Part shown: positions 1 to 12,640 of the stretch, in pieces | Layout: the number at the start of each line of letters is the position of its first letter | Position numbering within the stretch: the stretch's first letter is position 1 | Assembly (NCBI RefSeq): GCF_006345805.1 | Contig: NC_042998.1 | Location: 63,550,001-63,614,000 of the forward strand | Length of the DNA stretch: 64,000 bases | Direction of reading: 5' to 3' | From: Octopus sinensis | Lineage: Eukaryota | Made by a program: the position numbers and the translations under genes | Notes under the pieces: generated by a model | The model's database searches: none | What the model was told of the DNA's origin: nothing | Seen by the model: only the letters and a program-made list of their open reading frames with translations

Positions 1-1322
1 AGAGAAATATGTAAAAATTTTGTGTGGGGGTTGGAACGAGAAAGGGTGGGGGTTGATAAAGAGAAAGAGAAGAAATGGAATAATAGTGAGGGAGATGATG
101 TAAAATGAGAAGGTGCGGAATGATAAAGATGTGGTAATGGGTGAGAATGTTTGTATTGATGATAGAAATGAAGATGCCATACATGAAAATAAGACAAAAA
201 CAACTAAAATTTAGAATGCGAAGAAGGGAAAGAGCAGGTAGAATAAAACTATATAGGCATGTAAAAGAAAATATTTGGTATGTAGATATTGACCTGTTAA
301 ATACAAAGATGAATAGATAAAAGGAAAAACTATTGACGAAATGCATAAAAATGTGAGAAAATTAAAGAGAGAAAGAGAGAAACATATAAACATACAGTTA
401 TAGGTTTGATCAATGCTGTTAAAATATTCTTTATAATGCTTTCTGCTTGAGTGTGACAAACGATAAAACAACTATCACATTTATAATACACTTTTATGGA
501 GACGCTTTCCAACTTTCTCTTCTGTCTTTGATAGAAAACAGCGTCTGATCTTTAGTTGGTTGATTAAAGGAAGAGTTTCTACCGAGTTGCTCGGACCGTA
601 AGAATCAGAGTTCAAATATTCATGAAAAAAGTCTCTGACATCTTAAAAAACATAAAGGGAGAATTATACATTGAGAAATTCAATCGTAAGCACAATCGGC
701 CGAATAAGAGAAAATGGCTGGGTAAAAAGGCAACAGATGGAACGATGATCAAACAAGAAAAACTGAAAGAATAAACCACAAACATCAATATCCATATTAA
801 TGCCAGGTATAAGAAAATTACAGGTGATATTTCCTCTCAAAATAGACCTACTAACTTCAAATTAGCTAAGAATAAACTAGAGAGAAGTCTTTCATATGGA
901 AACAGATCTCATGGAGCATATATATATATATATGCACACACACGTATAATGATTATATTTAAAATGATATCATGCTAGAGATAGCAGTCAAAACTTGACT
1001 CTAAAATCAGATCAAATATTCAATAAGCTCCAGGAGAGATGACAATAATGTTTTGCTAGTTTATTTTGTCTGTTTGTCTTCTCTCCTGGTACTGTATGAA
1101 TATTTGATGTGGTTTACAGTTAAGTTTTGACTGCTGTCTCTAGTATGATGGCATCTTCTAGATATCCTTTATTATAATTATAATTATATTTATTATCTAT
1201 GAGGTTTTTATGGCAATGCAAGTCACTTGATTCGATCGGTATTTTAAATAACGATCTTATCCTTATATATACACACACACACATACATACATACATATAT
1301 ACACACACACACACCACACACA

Positions 1323-1424
<102 letters not shown>

Positions 1425-1440
1425 TATATATATGTATATA

Positions 1441-1600
1441 TGTAGGGAGAATTCACAAAAAAAACAAAGGCCGAAACAGGTGGTGTAGACAACAAACAGA
1501 TGTATTAGTTTACCGCTCGGGAATTGAAAAACCCTTTAGCGTTTCGAGCCTACGCTCTCCCACTGAAAGAACACAAAGAAACAATAAAGAATGTGTAATG
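1441..1600 (-). mobile_element. Penelope-like element terminal-repeat (pLTR) fragment with decayed hammerhead motif
   Basis: Reverse complement matches the pLTR at 35860-35995 (GAGCGTAGGCTCGAAACG..., then ACTAATACA...CCACCTG...) and the fragment at 60100-60200. Confidence 0.7.
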
Positions 1601-1659
1601 GCGACCAATCTATCATATATATATATAGTTAATCCAAACAAGAAAACATAAAAAAAACC

Positions 1660-1858
1660 CAAAAAACACAACAACGCGAGGACGTGGAACAAATAAAGTA
1701 TTATTGGACGCTCAGGAAAGAAGGGAAGAAGGAGGGTTTAACGTTTCGAGCGGAACTCTTCGTCGGAAACATAGGACAAGGAAAGATCCCGAGAAGGGAA
1801 GACAGAGGAAAAAAATCGCCAGTGGTACTCACGAGGTCACATATTGAAAAACCGATAC
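1660..1858 (-). mobile_element. Terminal fragment of a second Penelope-like family
   Basis: Non-coding, flanked by microsatellites, and contains a minimal hammerhead-like motif with the same architecture as the pLTR motif at 35856. Confidence 0.5.
1736..1770 (-). ncRNA. Minimal type I hammerhead ribozyme-like motif (U4C core variant)
   Basis: Minus strand reads GUUU-CCGACGA-A-GAG(UUCCG)CUC-GAAA-CG-UU|AAAC: helix I GUUU/AAAC, helix II GAG/CUC, palindromic helix III AACGUU. Confidence 0.55.
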
Positions 1859-1867
1859 ATACATACA

Positions 1868-1901
<34 letters not shown>

Positions 1902-2140
1902 CACATGCATGCAGTGCCACATGCACATTCACACGTATACACAAATATGTAACTATAAGGCGTATAATTTTTTTTTGCATTATTTAGTTTACAAGATTCT
2001 TGATATCACATTGAGTTGAAGGAGATTTTGTTGTATCGTGGGGATGTCATTACGCTAACTGGTTGAAGAAGCAAACTAAAAGAAGTGAAATAGAACTAGT
2101 GCGTGGGGTTATTATTACAATAAAGACCTTCCATAATGTC

Positions 2141-2218
<78 letters not shown>

Positions 2219-2579
2219 CTGTGTCTGTGCATGTATATATGTGTCTGTACCCATGCGTTGGCACATACACATAGAGTAATCTCATTCAGGTTTTAATCCT
2301 GGAGTCAGCCTTAGTAGGCACACACACCGGTCCAGGTGTGAGATGGTAATCCGATGATTGTTATTTCCACCATGCCCGAAAATCTACGAAATCCGCAAAG
2401 TTTCTACAAATTTAAATAAGGATAATGGTGTGAGCAAATAATTCCATTTCATTAATTTATGATTGTTTCATCAAAAATCTTCCTCATGAGAATTGCTATA
2501 TTATGTAATATATGACCATTAATATATGATTGCTTAGATTACTTAGATAAGTTTCGACCAAAGTTAGTCCAGGCCATGT

Positions 2580-2997
2580 CTAATTTCATAGCACCACCTA
2601 GAGGAGATACACAGTCAGCTCTTGGGCACCATAGCCCATTCGAACAGAGAATTATTGTTTTCAGAGACATATCCGGGAGTGGGTGTTTTGTCTGGTATTT
2701 GTTGGAGCTAATCATCTAGGGACCGTTTGAATGCAGTGAAATCCCTTTCCCCCTTTATGTGAACTGGCACGATGCTGAAGAGAGTAGGGCTAGTTGAGGT
2801 GAAATAGTTCTGTTGTAGTGTTGTGGTTCGAGACAAGCATGATTTCTGTCGTGGACGGATGGCACTGGGGCCAAACCTAGGATGAATTTTAAAGATGATA
2901 CCTATATCATTTGGGCAATGCTGATGGAATATTTTCCACATCATACATATGATATAGCGCTCACGGCGGCATTGGAGGTGGTAAAGCCTGAGCATTG
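2580..2997 (-). mobile_element. 5'-truncated 3' end of a CR1/L2-group LINE (pseudogenic)
   Basis: Translation RRERYIICMMWKIF...YFTSTSPTLFSIVPVHIKGERDFTAFKRSLDD*LQQIPDKTPTPGYVSENNNSLFEW resembles the C-terminal tail of invertebrate CR1-group ORF2. Confidence 0.65.
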
Positions 2998-4726
2998 TGA
3001 CTCGGTCTCAGTAGTCAAGTCTTGTTATATCATTTAGTTTTTTGTGTCATTGATCTCTGGAGCACTTCGGTTTTCATAGTGTCAAAAACAGAAGCTAAAG
3101 CATCATTTCTTCAGAATCATGTATTTATTTGCATGATTTGTTGTGGACGATTGAGTTTAATGATTATCTATGCATAAACTGATGTGAGTTTAAATGGTGA
3201 CAGTTACATATAACAAGCCAAACAAAACAAACCCTAGTTGGAGTTGGTCAAAAGCATGTAAAAATCATAAGAAAAGAACACATATAGACGAAAATATTTT
3301 GTTCTTTTAGACAATATAGTAAGTATCGTCGTTTCAACTACTAACATGCACATTCTGAATGTACATAAGTGTTGAAAAAAGACATTTAATAGCTAAATTT
3401 GATGCCAGCATATATAAACCAAACCATTACTAATCAACCACAAGACTACATAGAAACGTCTGTCCACTCTGCCACTCGGCTCAAATTTAGTTAACTTCAT
3501 TTTGGGACTGTCAGTAGACATGCTCATTCACCCGTACCAACCTTGAGTTTCAGTGCAAAACATATAAACGCACGGATGTAGCAGCATAACCTATAAAAGT
3601 TATTAATCACGCATCTCTCCCCCATTATATTTGACGGATAAAATTCAGACAGTCTTGATTGCTACCAATTGTCACAAGTCTTGTTCACACAACCGTGACA
3701 GTTTTAAATAACGAAGCCACAGTTACTTTAACAACTATCTTTGATGGCTCAAAACGAACGAATTAGTGACCTCACATCTTTTTCTTGTCTTAAGTAGCAC
3801 CAGTGCAAAAATGTATAATGTATACAATCTTGTGACATTAGTAAATCACTCCCGGCAGAGTTGGAGAGAGTAGAGATTGAGTTTTTTTAGTCTACCCCAA
3901 TAATCAATGTCTCTCATGACGTCTATCTTTATTGTTATGGACCTCTGGAGTGCTTCTAATTTCATAATGAGTTGTTTCGCATGGGGTAACCACAGTGGGC
4001 GACAGTACTCAAGGTGGAGTCGGGCAAAAGTAGAGTAGAGAAGGATGATGTTATATTCCTTTTGCTAAACAATAAGCCTAATCACGTCATCATACTACAA
4101 CCCACGCGCGCACACACATACAAACCCACACACAATTGATTTTATATTATATACTCTGAAGTGACGTATTATTACTTACAGATTTGAAGTGAGACAATCA
4201 TTGTTTCACTGCGTTGTTCATGATTAAAAGAAACAAGGATGTGTCTGATTCTGAAAGATAAATATTCCTACGAGCATCGTTTGTAAAACAATTATTTTTA
4301 CAGCGAATAATATGTCTTCGGGTGAATGTAAACACTACGTGTATAAAATCTCGCTTTCAAGTGAAGTGTCAAATACGTAAATGCATTCTACTCATTTTAC
4401 CAAAAACCCTTACTTTGGTGGGTGTGCAAAGAGTGCTTGTCACGGCGAGTTAAAAAAAAACCGTTGTTGATGATAGTTGCCACAGGAAACGAAATATATG
4501 CAGCACTTCATTCTCTTCTGTTTTTTTATTACCTGACTACGATTATTATGTGATTTACATTAGTGCTAAATCTGTGCTGGGTATAAAATACATAGCTATG
4601 TTCTGTAGTAGATTATAGCGATGAAACGAAAGAGTGTTTAATTTATACACCGGTACTGATATAAAAATATAAATAAATAAATATATATATATTTATAACA
4701 ATAATGAAGGAAAGTGTTGTATACTG

Positions 4727-4920
4727 TGCTCAGGTGCCGCCTTGAGTCGAGCAAATCGACCCCAGGACTTATTCTTTGTAAGCCTTGTTCTTATTCTATC
4801 GGTCTCTTTTACTAAGTTACGGGGATGTAGATACACCAACATCCATTGTCAAGTGATGGTGAGGGACAAACACAGACACACAAAGACATAAATACATACC
4901 TATAAATACATACATATATA
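4727..4920 (-). mobile_element. 3' half of a tRNA-derived SINE
   Basis: Reverse complement (TTGACAATGGATGTTGGTGT...CCCCGTAACTTAG...GAGACCGATAGAATAAG...) matches the SINE tail at 8150-8340. Confidence 0.75.
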
Positions 4921-5003
4921 TATATATATCTATAGATCTATATAAAATATATACACACACACATGTGTACATACATACTCACAGACACAGACACACACAC
5001 ATA

Positions 5004-5069
<66 letters not shown>

Positions 5070-5109
5070 TATATATATATAGATATAGATATATATAGAT
5101 AGATGCATA

Positions 5110-5186
5110 TGTTGGTCGTAGTAGTAGTAACCGTGGTGGTGGTTGGGGTTGCAGCAGCTCATTGGTTTCTACTACTACGACCAACA
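5110..5186. repeat. Hairpin, 23-bp stem with one mismatch and 31-nt loop
   Basis: TGTTGGTCGTAGTAGTAGTAACC (5110-5132) versus GGTTTCTACTACTACGACCAACA (5164-5186). Confidence 0.9.
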
Positions 5187-5416
5187 GTCACTGCTGCTAC
5201 TGCCATTTCAGTCGCGGATCATTCGAACACATAAGACAGCTAAAAAAACAACCACGTGGATCATTTTGAGACCAGTAAGAAACAATTATGAACTTTTTTA
5301 TTACACTCAACTTGAAATTTATAGCTATTATACCTACTACCGACAAAACACCACCACATGGATTCTGTTGAGACCAGTAAGAAACAACTTTTCTATTACA
5401 CTTAACTTTTTAAAAT

Positions 5417-5461
5417 ATTTTTGATAAGGTTGGTTTTTTCAAGAACCGAAACATGTAAAAT
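5417..5461 (+). ncRNA. Minimal type I hammerhead ribozyme motif with U3:A8 core variant
   Basis: AUUU-UUGAUAA-GGUU(12 nt)AACC-GAAA-CAUGU-A|AAAU: helix I AUUU/AAAU, helix II GGUU/AACC, palindromic helix III ACAUGU, GUA cleavage triplet. Confidence 0.6.
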
Positions 5462-5550
5462 TTCTAAGAAAATTAAAATTTATCTAATATAGTGGCGTTT
5501 TCAAACTTCTTTTTTACAAATATATACCCACTCGTATCCGATCTACAATC

Positions 5551-5588
<38 letters not shown>

Positions 5589-5946
5589 ATATTACCACAT
5601 ATGGATCGTTGCGATTTTTTCCTTCCCTGAACGCCTGCTAATAATTTACATGCATCACGTCTTCGCGCTGTTGTTATTCTGTTGATTTACTATATATATA
5701 TATATATATATAATATATATATTATATATATATATATATATCTTGTGCGGTGCATGGTCATACCTACATCTATGTATGTATGTCTATATATGCACTCCAA
5801 CATAAAACTTCTAAACTTCTAAATATTTGAGGGTGTGTACGTCTTGTTAAGTAGCTTTTTGTCTCTGAACATGTTTATTTTCTCTTCTATACACAATAAT
5901 ATAAGTGAAATTTAATCTTTGCTAACGATATATGAGTATGTATGTG

Positions 5947-5978
<32 letters not shown>

Positions 5979-6731
5979 TGTATGTATGTATGTATGTATG
6001 TATGTATGTATGTATGTATGTATGTATGTATGTATGTATGCATGTTACTATGTGTGTGTTGTGTGTGTGTGTGTGTGAGTGCGTGCGCGTATATATGTGT
6101 GCGTGTGTATGTATATGTGTATATAAAAATGTTTGCTGTTGCCCCTCAGTTTCTATATACTTCAGTTCCATTTGCTAAATCAATTCATTTACGGTCAATT
6201 AAATAATTGAACTAATGCAATTATACTTCTTTGCTGCTAGCTTTGCCGGCGTCATATTCATGAGTAGTCACTAGGAGAGGCGCAGTCATGTACACACCGG
6301 GGCCAAGAATGGATACTATATTATTTTTGATTCCTGCTTTCTAATTTTTGCGGGATATAATTTATTTAATTATTTAGATATTTATTTGTTAGTTGATATT
6401 TACTTAAGGGTAAAAACACTATTATCTGAACTTGGCATTTCCGCAGCTTTTACTGATATATCAAACACTTAGTCCGTTATAAATATGTTGTTAGAGATAG
6501 TCAAATAATATTCTGTTCATGTGTAAGTGAACCATCGATTTATTAAGACTGTTTCATTCACTTAGCATCGTCAGTTTCTTTTGTACACAGTTGTGAATTA
6601 ACCAACAAATTCAGACAATCTGCCATTCGCTCTGTTATTACATATTGCTCTCTTTGTATTTTACTTAATGTAAATATATTGCAAAGTGTCAAATATACTG
6701 CAGTATTCGTTTTGGGGTTTTCCGGGATTTT

Positions 6732-7070
6732 TCAGGCGGCAACGACGAAGATATTAAGACGAGAATAAGTAAGACAAGGACCGTTTTTCACCTGTTAAAA
6801 AGGCTATGGAGAGCAAGTGTAATTTCAAGAAATAAAGAAATTACAAATGTTTAACACTAACGTTAATGCGGTGTTATTGTATGGGGCTGAGACATGGCGA
6901 ACAACAGTTAAGTCAAATAAGAAAATACAATCATTCATCAAAAGTTGCTTGCGTAGTATACTTAAAATTAGATGGCCAGAACTCGTGGCGTAGATCAACA
7001 CAAAAGGAACTAGAGAAAGGGGGACATTCAGAGCGGAGTATAACTTCAGAAGCGAAAAATTTTGTGACAT
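6732..7070 (+). mobile_element. RTE-clade LINE 3' fragment, internally deleted
   Basis: GGNDEDIKTRISK...NTNVNAVLLYGAETWRTTVKSNKKIQSFIKSCLRSILKIRWP matches the post-RT region of RTE ORFs. Confidence 0.75.
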
Positions 7071-7496
7071 AGAATACAATTATAAGTGGCCTATACTCCA
7101 CGTTGGAGGATTCAAGGCTGAAAAAAATCGTTATGGGATAACATTTCTTATGCGTGGACACACATGAGAATACTGGATGCGCATTGGGTTTTGTCAATAG
7201 CATGTACACATTGATAACCGCATTTAAGACGAAATACATCGTTATCAAAATAGAAAAAAGAAAGAACACCGGTGTAATAATTAACCGCACGACTGCAACA
7301 ATATCAGTATTAGGTTAAAAATAACCATCATTGTATCATAACTAATGGAAACAGATGTATCGTAACTAATATAAACAGATGGTGAACTCATAAAATTACT
7401 GCGATATTCGTTGCAGATATTATCCATATGTATTACTTCAAGTTTTAGCCACATAATGGTTAATTTAGAATTTTGAAAAATAATTTTCTTCACATT

Positions 7497-7653
7497 GGAC
7501 AGGAGTGGCTATGTTGTAAGTTTGCTTCCCAACCTCATGACTTCGGGTTTAGCTCCACTGCACGGCATCTTCGACATGTGTCATCTACTCTTGCCTCAGG
7601 ACGATTGAAGCTTATGAGTGGATTTTGTAAATGGAAATTGAAAGAATCCTGTC

Positions 7654-7694
<41 letters not shown>

Positions 7695-8342
7695 ACAATT
7701 GAGGATACATACACCGCAGAAGGATAAAAATATCCAAGATTAGACTTGTTGAATATCTAATGATATATGCACACACATTATTACTAGCGAGTGTATCATC
7801 AGGGAAGAGCCTACAAAGAAATTTATATATATTATATTTAAAACAATGAAAGTATTAAATGATTATTTTTTAATAATGATATTTATAAATTCTTTTGTAC
7901 ATCCTTCCCTGATGATATTCTGACTTGTAATAATTAACCAAATTGATTGAATTAAATTAAATAAACTTTGATTGATTTTATACTATAAGCAATTAGGCGA
8001 TGAATTGAAACAATTGTAAGTTTTATCAATGTATTAATACACTTTTATTTATCTTCTTGGTATATATATAATAACAAGATAATAAATAAAACATATATAT
8101 ATATATATATATTCATATGTGTGTGTGTGTTTAAGTGTTTGTGGTTGTCTCTACGACCACTTGACAATCGGTGATCATATGTTTACGCCTCCGTAACTTA
8201 GCTGTTGGCGAAATGAGACCGATAGAATAAGTAACTGATTAAAAATGTAAGTACTTGGGTTGATACATTCGACCAAAAATTTTTCAATGAGGCACTACAG
8301 CATGGCCGCAGACTAATAACTTGAACAAGTAAAGATAACAGA
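7497..8342 (+). mobile_element. tRNA-derived SINE split by an insertion in its internal (TA)n
   Basis: Head with A/B-box-like GGAGTGGCTATGTTG...TTCGGGTTTAGCTCC at 7497-7655; tail ...CTCCGTAACTTAGCTG...GAGACCGATAGAATAAGTA...CAGCATGGCCGCAG at ~8110-8342; ~400 bp of unrelated sequence between. Confidence 0.75.
7691..8013. repeat. Two diverged copies of a short hammerhead-like terminal sequence in divergent (inverted) orientation
   Basis: Minus 7838->7691 ATAAATTTCTTTGTAGGCTCTTCCCTGATGATACACTCGCTAGTAATAAT...CAATTGTAC versus plus 7875->8013 ATAAATTCTTTTGTACATCCTTCCCTGATGATATTCTGACTTGTAATAAT...GAAACAATTGTAAG. Confidence 0.6.
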
Positions 8343-8684
8343 GAGGAGTATCGGCTGGCTTAATCCCAACTTGCTGTGTATTATCACGTTTGCTCAAAAT
8401 ATTTTTCTCCTTTATGTCATCTAAGCATTGTCCATTACCTCAACCCCCCACTTCACCCTGTGCTTCAATTATCTTAGATCCCTCCATTCTCACTTGCAAC
8501 CGCCCCGATTTAGCTGTTCTCTTGAAAGTCTAACTGATATAGGTCGAAACCAGTTTTAGATTAGTTCTCTCTCTTAGTGGAGTTTACGCTGTTACAAGTA
8601 CTGAAGCCAACTGTCCGGTTTGACGATAACTTTTCTCCGCTTTCCAACTAATCTCGAAGACTCTTCAAAGGTTATAAACACTTA

Positions 8685-9152
8685 TCGTAAATCCTCGAGT
8701 ATAATCCGCATTATTTTCCCAAAATTTAAAGGTCAAAATCCCTAGTGCGTATTATACATGAGGTTAAAATTGAAAATTATTTTCTAAGCAATGTTTGAGT
8801 CTCTATTTGCTGTCCGTCAATGTTTATTCAGGCTGAAAGCAATGAAGTCATAAAAGAATCACCCATAACTTGCAGTAAGCAACATTTATTAAACGTTATT
8901 ACTGTTATTTCTTTATTTTCTGCAAACAAAATGTACAAAAATGCTACATGTTTGCATTATGTTATATATACAATAATAATAAAGGACGTCACCCTATAAT
9001 TTTACAAACCAAGGATGTTATATAGACCTCCTTGACTCAAGTTAGAGAAGGGGTGCGTATTATACACAAGGTTTAGGTTTTTCATAGCTACAGCCCCCTA
9101 AAACTCCCCTGCGTATTATACTCAAGGGCGGACTGTACTCGAAGATTTACGG
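8685..9152. mobile_element. Non-autonomous Tc1/mariner-superfamily (pogo/Tigger-like) MITE, 468 bp
   Basis: 25-bp TIRs TCGTAAATCCTCGAGTATAATCCGC / GCGGACTGTACTCGAAGATTTACGG (4 mismatches), TA on both sides, subterminal TGCGTATTATAC three times. Confidence 0.8.
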
Positions 9153-9480
9153 TACATACTTCTTAGCTAAAAAATTAAAAAGGAAAAAAAAAATTATATC
9201 ATTAGATATTTAACAGTTCGCGAGAATGATTTCCAGTACATACAAATAAAAATTGGTTTATTTACAACACAATATATTACATAACATAAAAAAATCTTTT
9301 GGTATTTCAAAACTAACTTCATTAAAATCAACATCAAAGAAAGTGTAGTGAGAACAGCATGGGAAAAAGAGTGATGACAATTTTTCAACCACAATCTTGC
9401 TTCAAGTTCTTCCAAAGCTATCATTGAATTATAAATGTGGGTCGGTGACACATAATGTATCACTTCGTATTCAGATCGTT

Positions 9481-9676
9481 TCTTCTTCTTCTTCTTCTTC
9501 TTCTTCTTCTTCTTCTTCTTCTTCTTCTTCTTCTTCTTCTTCTTCTTCTTCTTCTTCTTCTTCTTCTTCTTCTTCTTCTTCTTCTTCTTCTTCTTCTTCT
9601 CTTTCTTCTTCTTCTTCTTCTTCTTCTTCTTCTCTTCTTCTTCTTCTTCTTCTTCTCTTCTTCTTCTTCTTCTTCG
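9481..9676. repeat. (TTC)n microsatellite
   Basis: Near-perfect TTC run; source of the poly-K/S/L pseudo-ORFs. Confidence 0.98.
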
Positions 9677-10164
9677 CACATTTACTTATACATCATATTT
9701 TATTTACAATTACAAATTTGAGTCAAACGCCGAGAGATTGGTGTTGAACACGTACGTACGTAGCTGACTTATATGGCAGTAAATGACCGTATATTGTCAT
9801 ATACTGAGATCTATCAATCTTGTTTATTGGTTTTGTATCGAACATATATTTTTTGACCTCATAATCAATAAGAAATGCAGTACCCATTATGCGTTATGTG
9901 GGTTCTACGATTACCGTGAAGGAATCCTCGATTAGAGTTTGCGCCTCGGTGATTTTTACAGGTTGGGCACTAATAGATATACCCAAATTCCACTCATTTT
10001 GTGGAGTTAGCGAGTAACATATCAATTTTGCCTACCAAATAGGCCATAATGAGTTTCAACTTAAAATGGAAAAGCTGAAAAAAAACAAATAGCGCAAGGA
10101 ATTCGGTCGGGCTTATTTACAATTTCTCCAAGGCAGTGCTTTGTATTGATTTTTTTTTTCTCAG

Positions 10165-10239
10165 ACGGGATGAATAACATGCCAAAATTTACTTCAGCAG
10201 GATTAGAACGCAGGGAGCAGAGACATGTAATAAAGACCG
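10165..10239 (+). other. Candidate 75-nt phase-1 coding exon (xGMNNMPKFTSAGLERREQRHVIKT)
   Basis: Acceptor TTTTTTTTTCTCAG, donor CCG|GTATTT, open frame, unique sequence; no homology confirmed. Confidence 0.25.
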
Positions 10240-11204
10240 GTATTTATTCTGTACGACTCTCAAATACTACTACTAATATATCACTTACCACTTTTCCAAT
10301 TCCGTTAATAAAAATTACCTATATTTTAGAAGAGGATTATGTACCTTCTTCGACATTACATCAAAGAAAAAAATTTTGATTAGTGAAATATCTTTCGGGC
10401 CAAAATAGACTTGTGACGAAATTTGTGATTTGAAGTTACAAACGTTAGTAGTGCGATTAAAGGTTCCCCTCCAGAGGCAGGGATATTATGCTCCGATTTT
10501 CATATGGAATACTCATTCTTCGTTTATCTCTTTCCTTGTAATACGCTTCAAGATGTAATATATATAAACTACATTGTAAGCTTTATTTTTTATATGAAAC
10601 AAACGAGTAATTTCTTGTCTGGCTGAGCTTTTGAGTTGATGCTTATATGTAAATGAGTATGCTGGTGTGATGCACGTGTGCGTGTGTATGTCGGTGATTG
10701 TAAACTATTAATGTGCATTTGCAGGCGCGTAAATGTATATTATTTTATTCTGGAAATAAATAACGAAAACAAAATATACGTCAATTTACACTGTCATTAT
10801 CACAGTACGGATTAAGTAAAATATCAAGGAATTCAGAAGAAATAGAGAGAAGTGGTGGGAGAAGGATAGACCGAGAACGAAAGAGAAAGACAAGGTGAAA
10901 GAAGCAGTGGATAGTGAAGCAGTGAGAATTAGTGAGAGATAATGAATGAAGGCGGCGGTGGGAGAAATATATAATCTGTTAGAGTCTTGTGTGTGTATAT
11001 AGCAGTAAATTCACTGAAGACAGATGCAATACTTCAATTTAATCGTTCTGAAAACTAAAGATCAAATTAGATAGCTATCTTATACCAGCTAGTTTGATTA
11101 ATTTCGTCTCTTAAAATTTAAAACATTCTGTACGACATATAATTCACTGCTGGAAGCTAGAAACACAAATCATAAACAATTGAATGAATGGTTTAAATTA
11201 AGAA

Positions 11205-11220
11205 TAATAATTGTAATAGC

Positions 11221-11279
<59 letters not shown>

Positions 11280-11621
11280 TAATAATAGTTGTAATAATAT
11301 TAACAACAATAATGAGAATGTTATTGAAAATAAGTACTACTACTACATCAACAACAACAATTAATAATCTAAATAATAATTATTTCTAATAAAGGTACAA
11401 GAATAAGAATTGCAAGTATAAAGGATAACAGTAAGAAGAAGAACAAAAACAACCTCAACAACAACAACCTCGACAACAACAATGATAATAATAACAACAA
11501 TATAAATAATTCTAATGTAGGCAGAGGAATAATAATTACTAGAAGAAAGATTAATAACAACAACAACGACGACGACAACAACAACAACAACAACAACAAC
11601 AACAGCAACAACGACAATAAC

Positions 11622-11656
<35 letters not shown>

Positions 11657-11698
11657 TAATAATAATAATAATAATAAATAATAATAATAATAATGATG

Positions 11699-11790
<92 letters not shown>
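11205..11790. repeat. Compound (AAT)n/(AAC)n microsatellite
   Basis: Direct reading. Confidence 0.95.
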
Positions 11791-11794
<4 letters not shown>

Positions 11795-12089
11795 GCGATG
11801 AAAACAATAGTGATGATAAATATAAAAACTGCTGTTACTCATTAATATAAATTTAGAAACGAAAAAAATAAAAGTAAATACAATTAAATTGAAAAATCCA
11901 GTATTAAATCTAAAATACATTTTAAGAAACACTAATTAAGGATTTTTCCTTCCACATGCACATTCGCATACTGATATTTGCTTTATTTTCGGTAATCTAG
12001 AATATATTTTTTTTAAATACTCTTTTTTATATATATGTTTTTTTCTTTTTTTTCCGTCTATTTTTCATCATTTCACTATTCTTTCAAAC

Positions 12090-12497
12090 GGACACAAACC
12101 CTTTTCTCTGTATGTGTGTGTGTAACTATGTTTTCGTGTATGTGTGTAAATGTACGTATGTATATGCGTTTGTGTATGAGTATATGTGAGTGTGTGTTTG
12201 TGCGTGTTTGTGTAAGCGTGTATGCATGAGCATCTGTATTTATGCGTTCTCTGTAATATGTACGTGTGCATATGTATGTGTACGCGTGCGTATGTTTGTG
12301 TGTGCAAATGTGCGTATGTGTTTCTCTGTTTGTGTTTGTGCACATACGTATATGTGTTCGCATGTGCTTGTGCGCTTCAGTACGTGAGCGTTTGCGTGTG
12401 TTTGTGTATGTGGATGTAGGTGTGCCTGTGTGTTTGTATATATATCTGAGTTTGTATATGTGTGTGTACTTGTGTTTTTGCGTATGTGTATGTATAC

Positions 12498-12550
<53 letters not shown>

Positions 12551-12640
12551 CATGTTTGTGCGTCGTGTGTACGTGGTGTATGTGTGTGTGTGTGTGTGTG
12601 TGAGTGTGAGCCTGTGTGTATGTGTATGTGTGTGTTTTGT
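12090..12640. repeat. Degenerate (TG)n/(TA)n low-complexity tract
   Basis: Direct reading. Confidence 0.9.

Noticed and set aside
1-900. Possible 5' part of a decayed Penelope ORF on the minus strand
   Set aside because: Only compositional resemblance (pyrimidine-rich minus strand, hydrophobic N-terminal-like peptide); no diagnostic motif inside the window.
5240-5390. Repeat-spacer-repeat pattern as a CRISPR-like array
   Set aside because: Only two imperfect units, eukaryotic context and no cas genes.
9194-9747. Poly-K/R/S/L ORFs
   Set aside because: (TTC)n microsatellite artefact.
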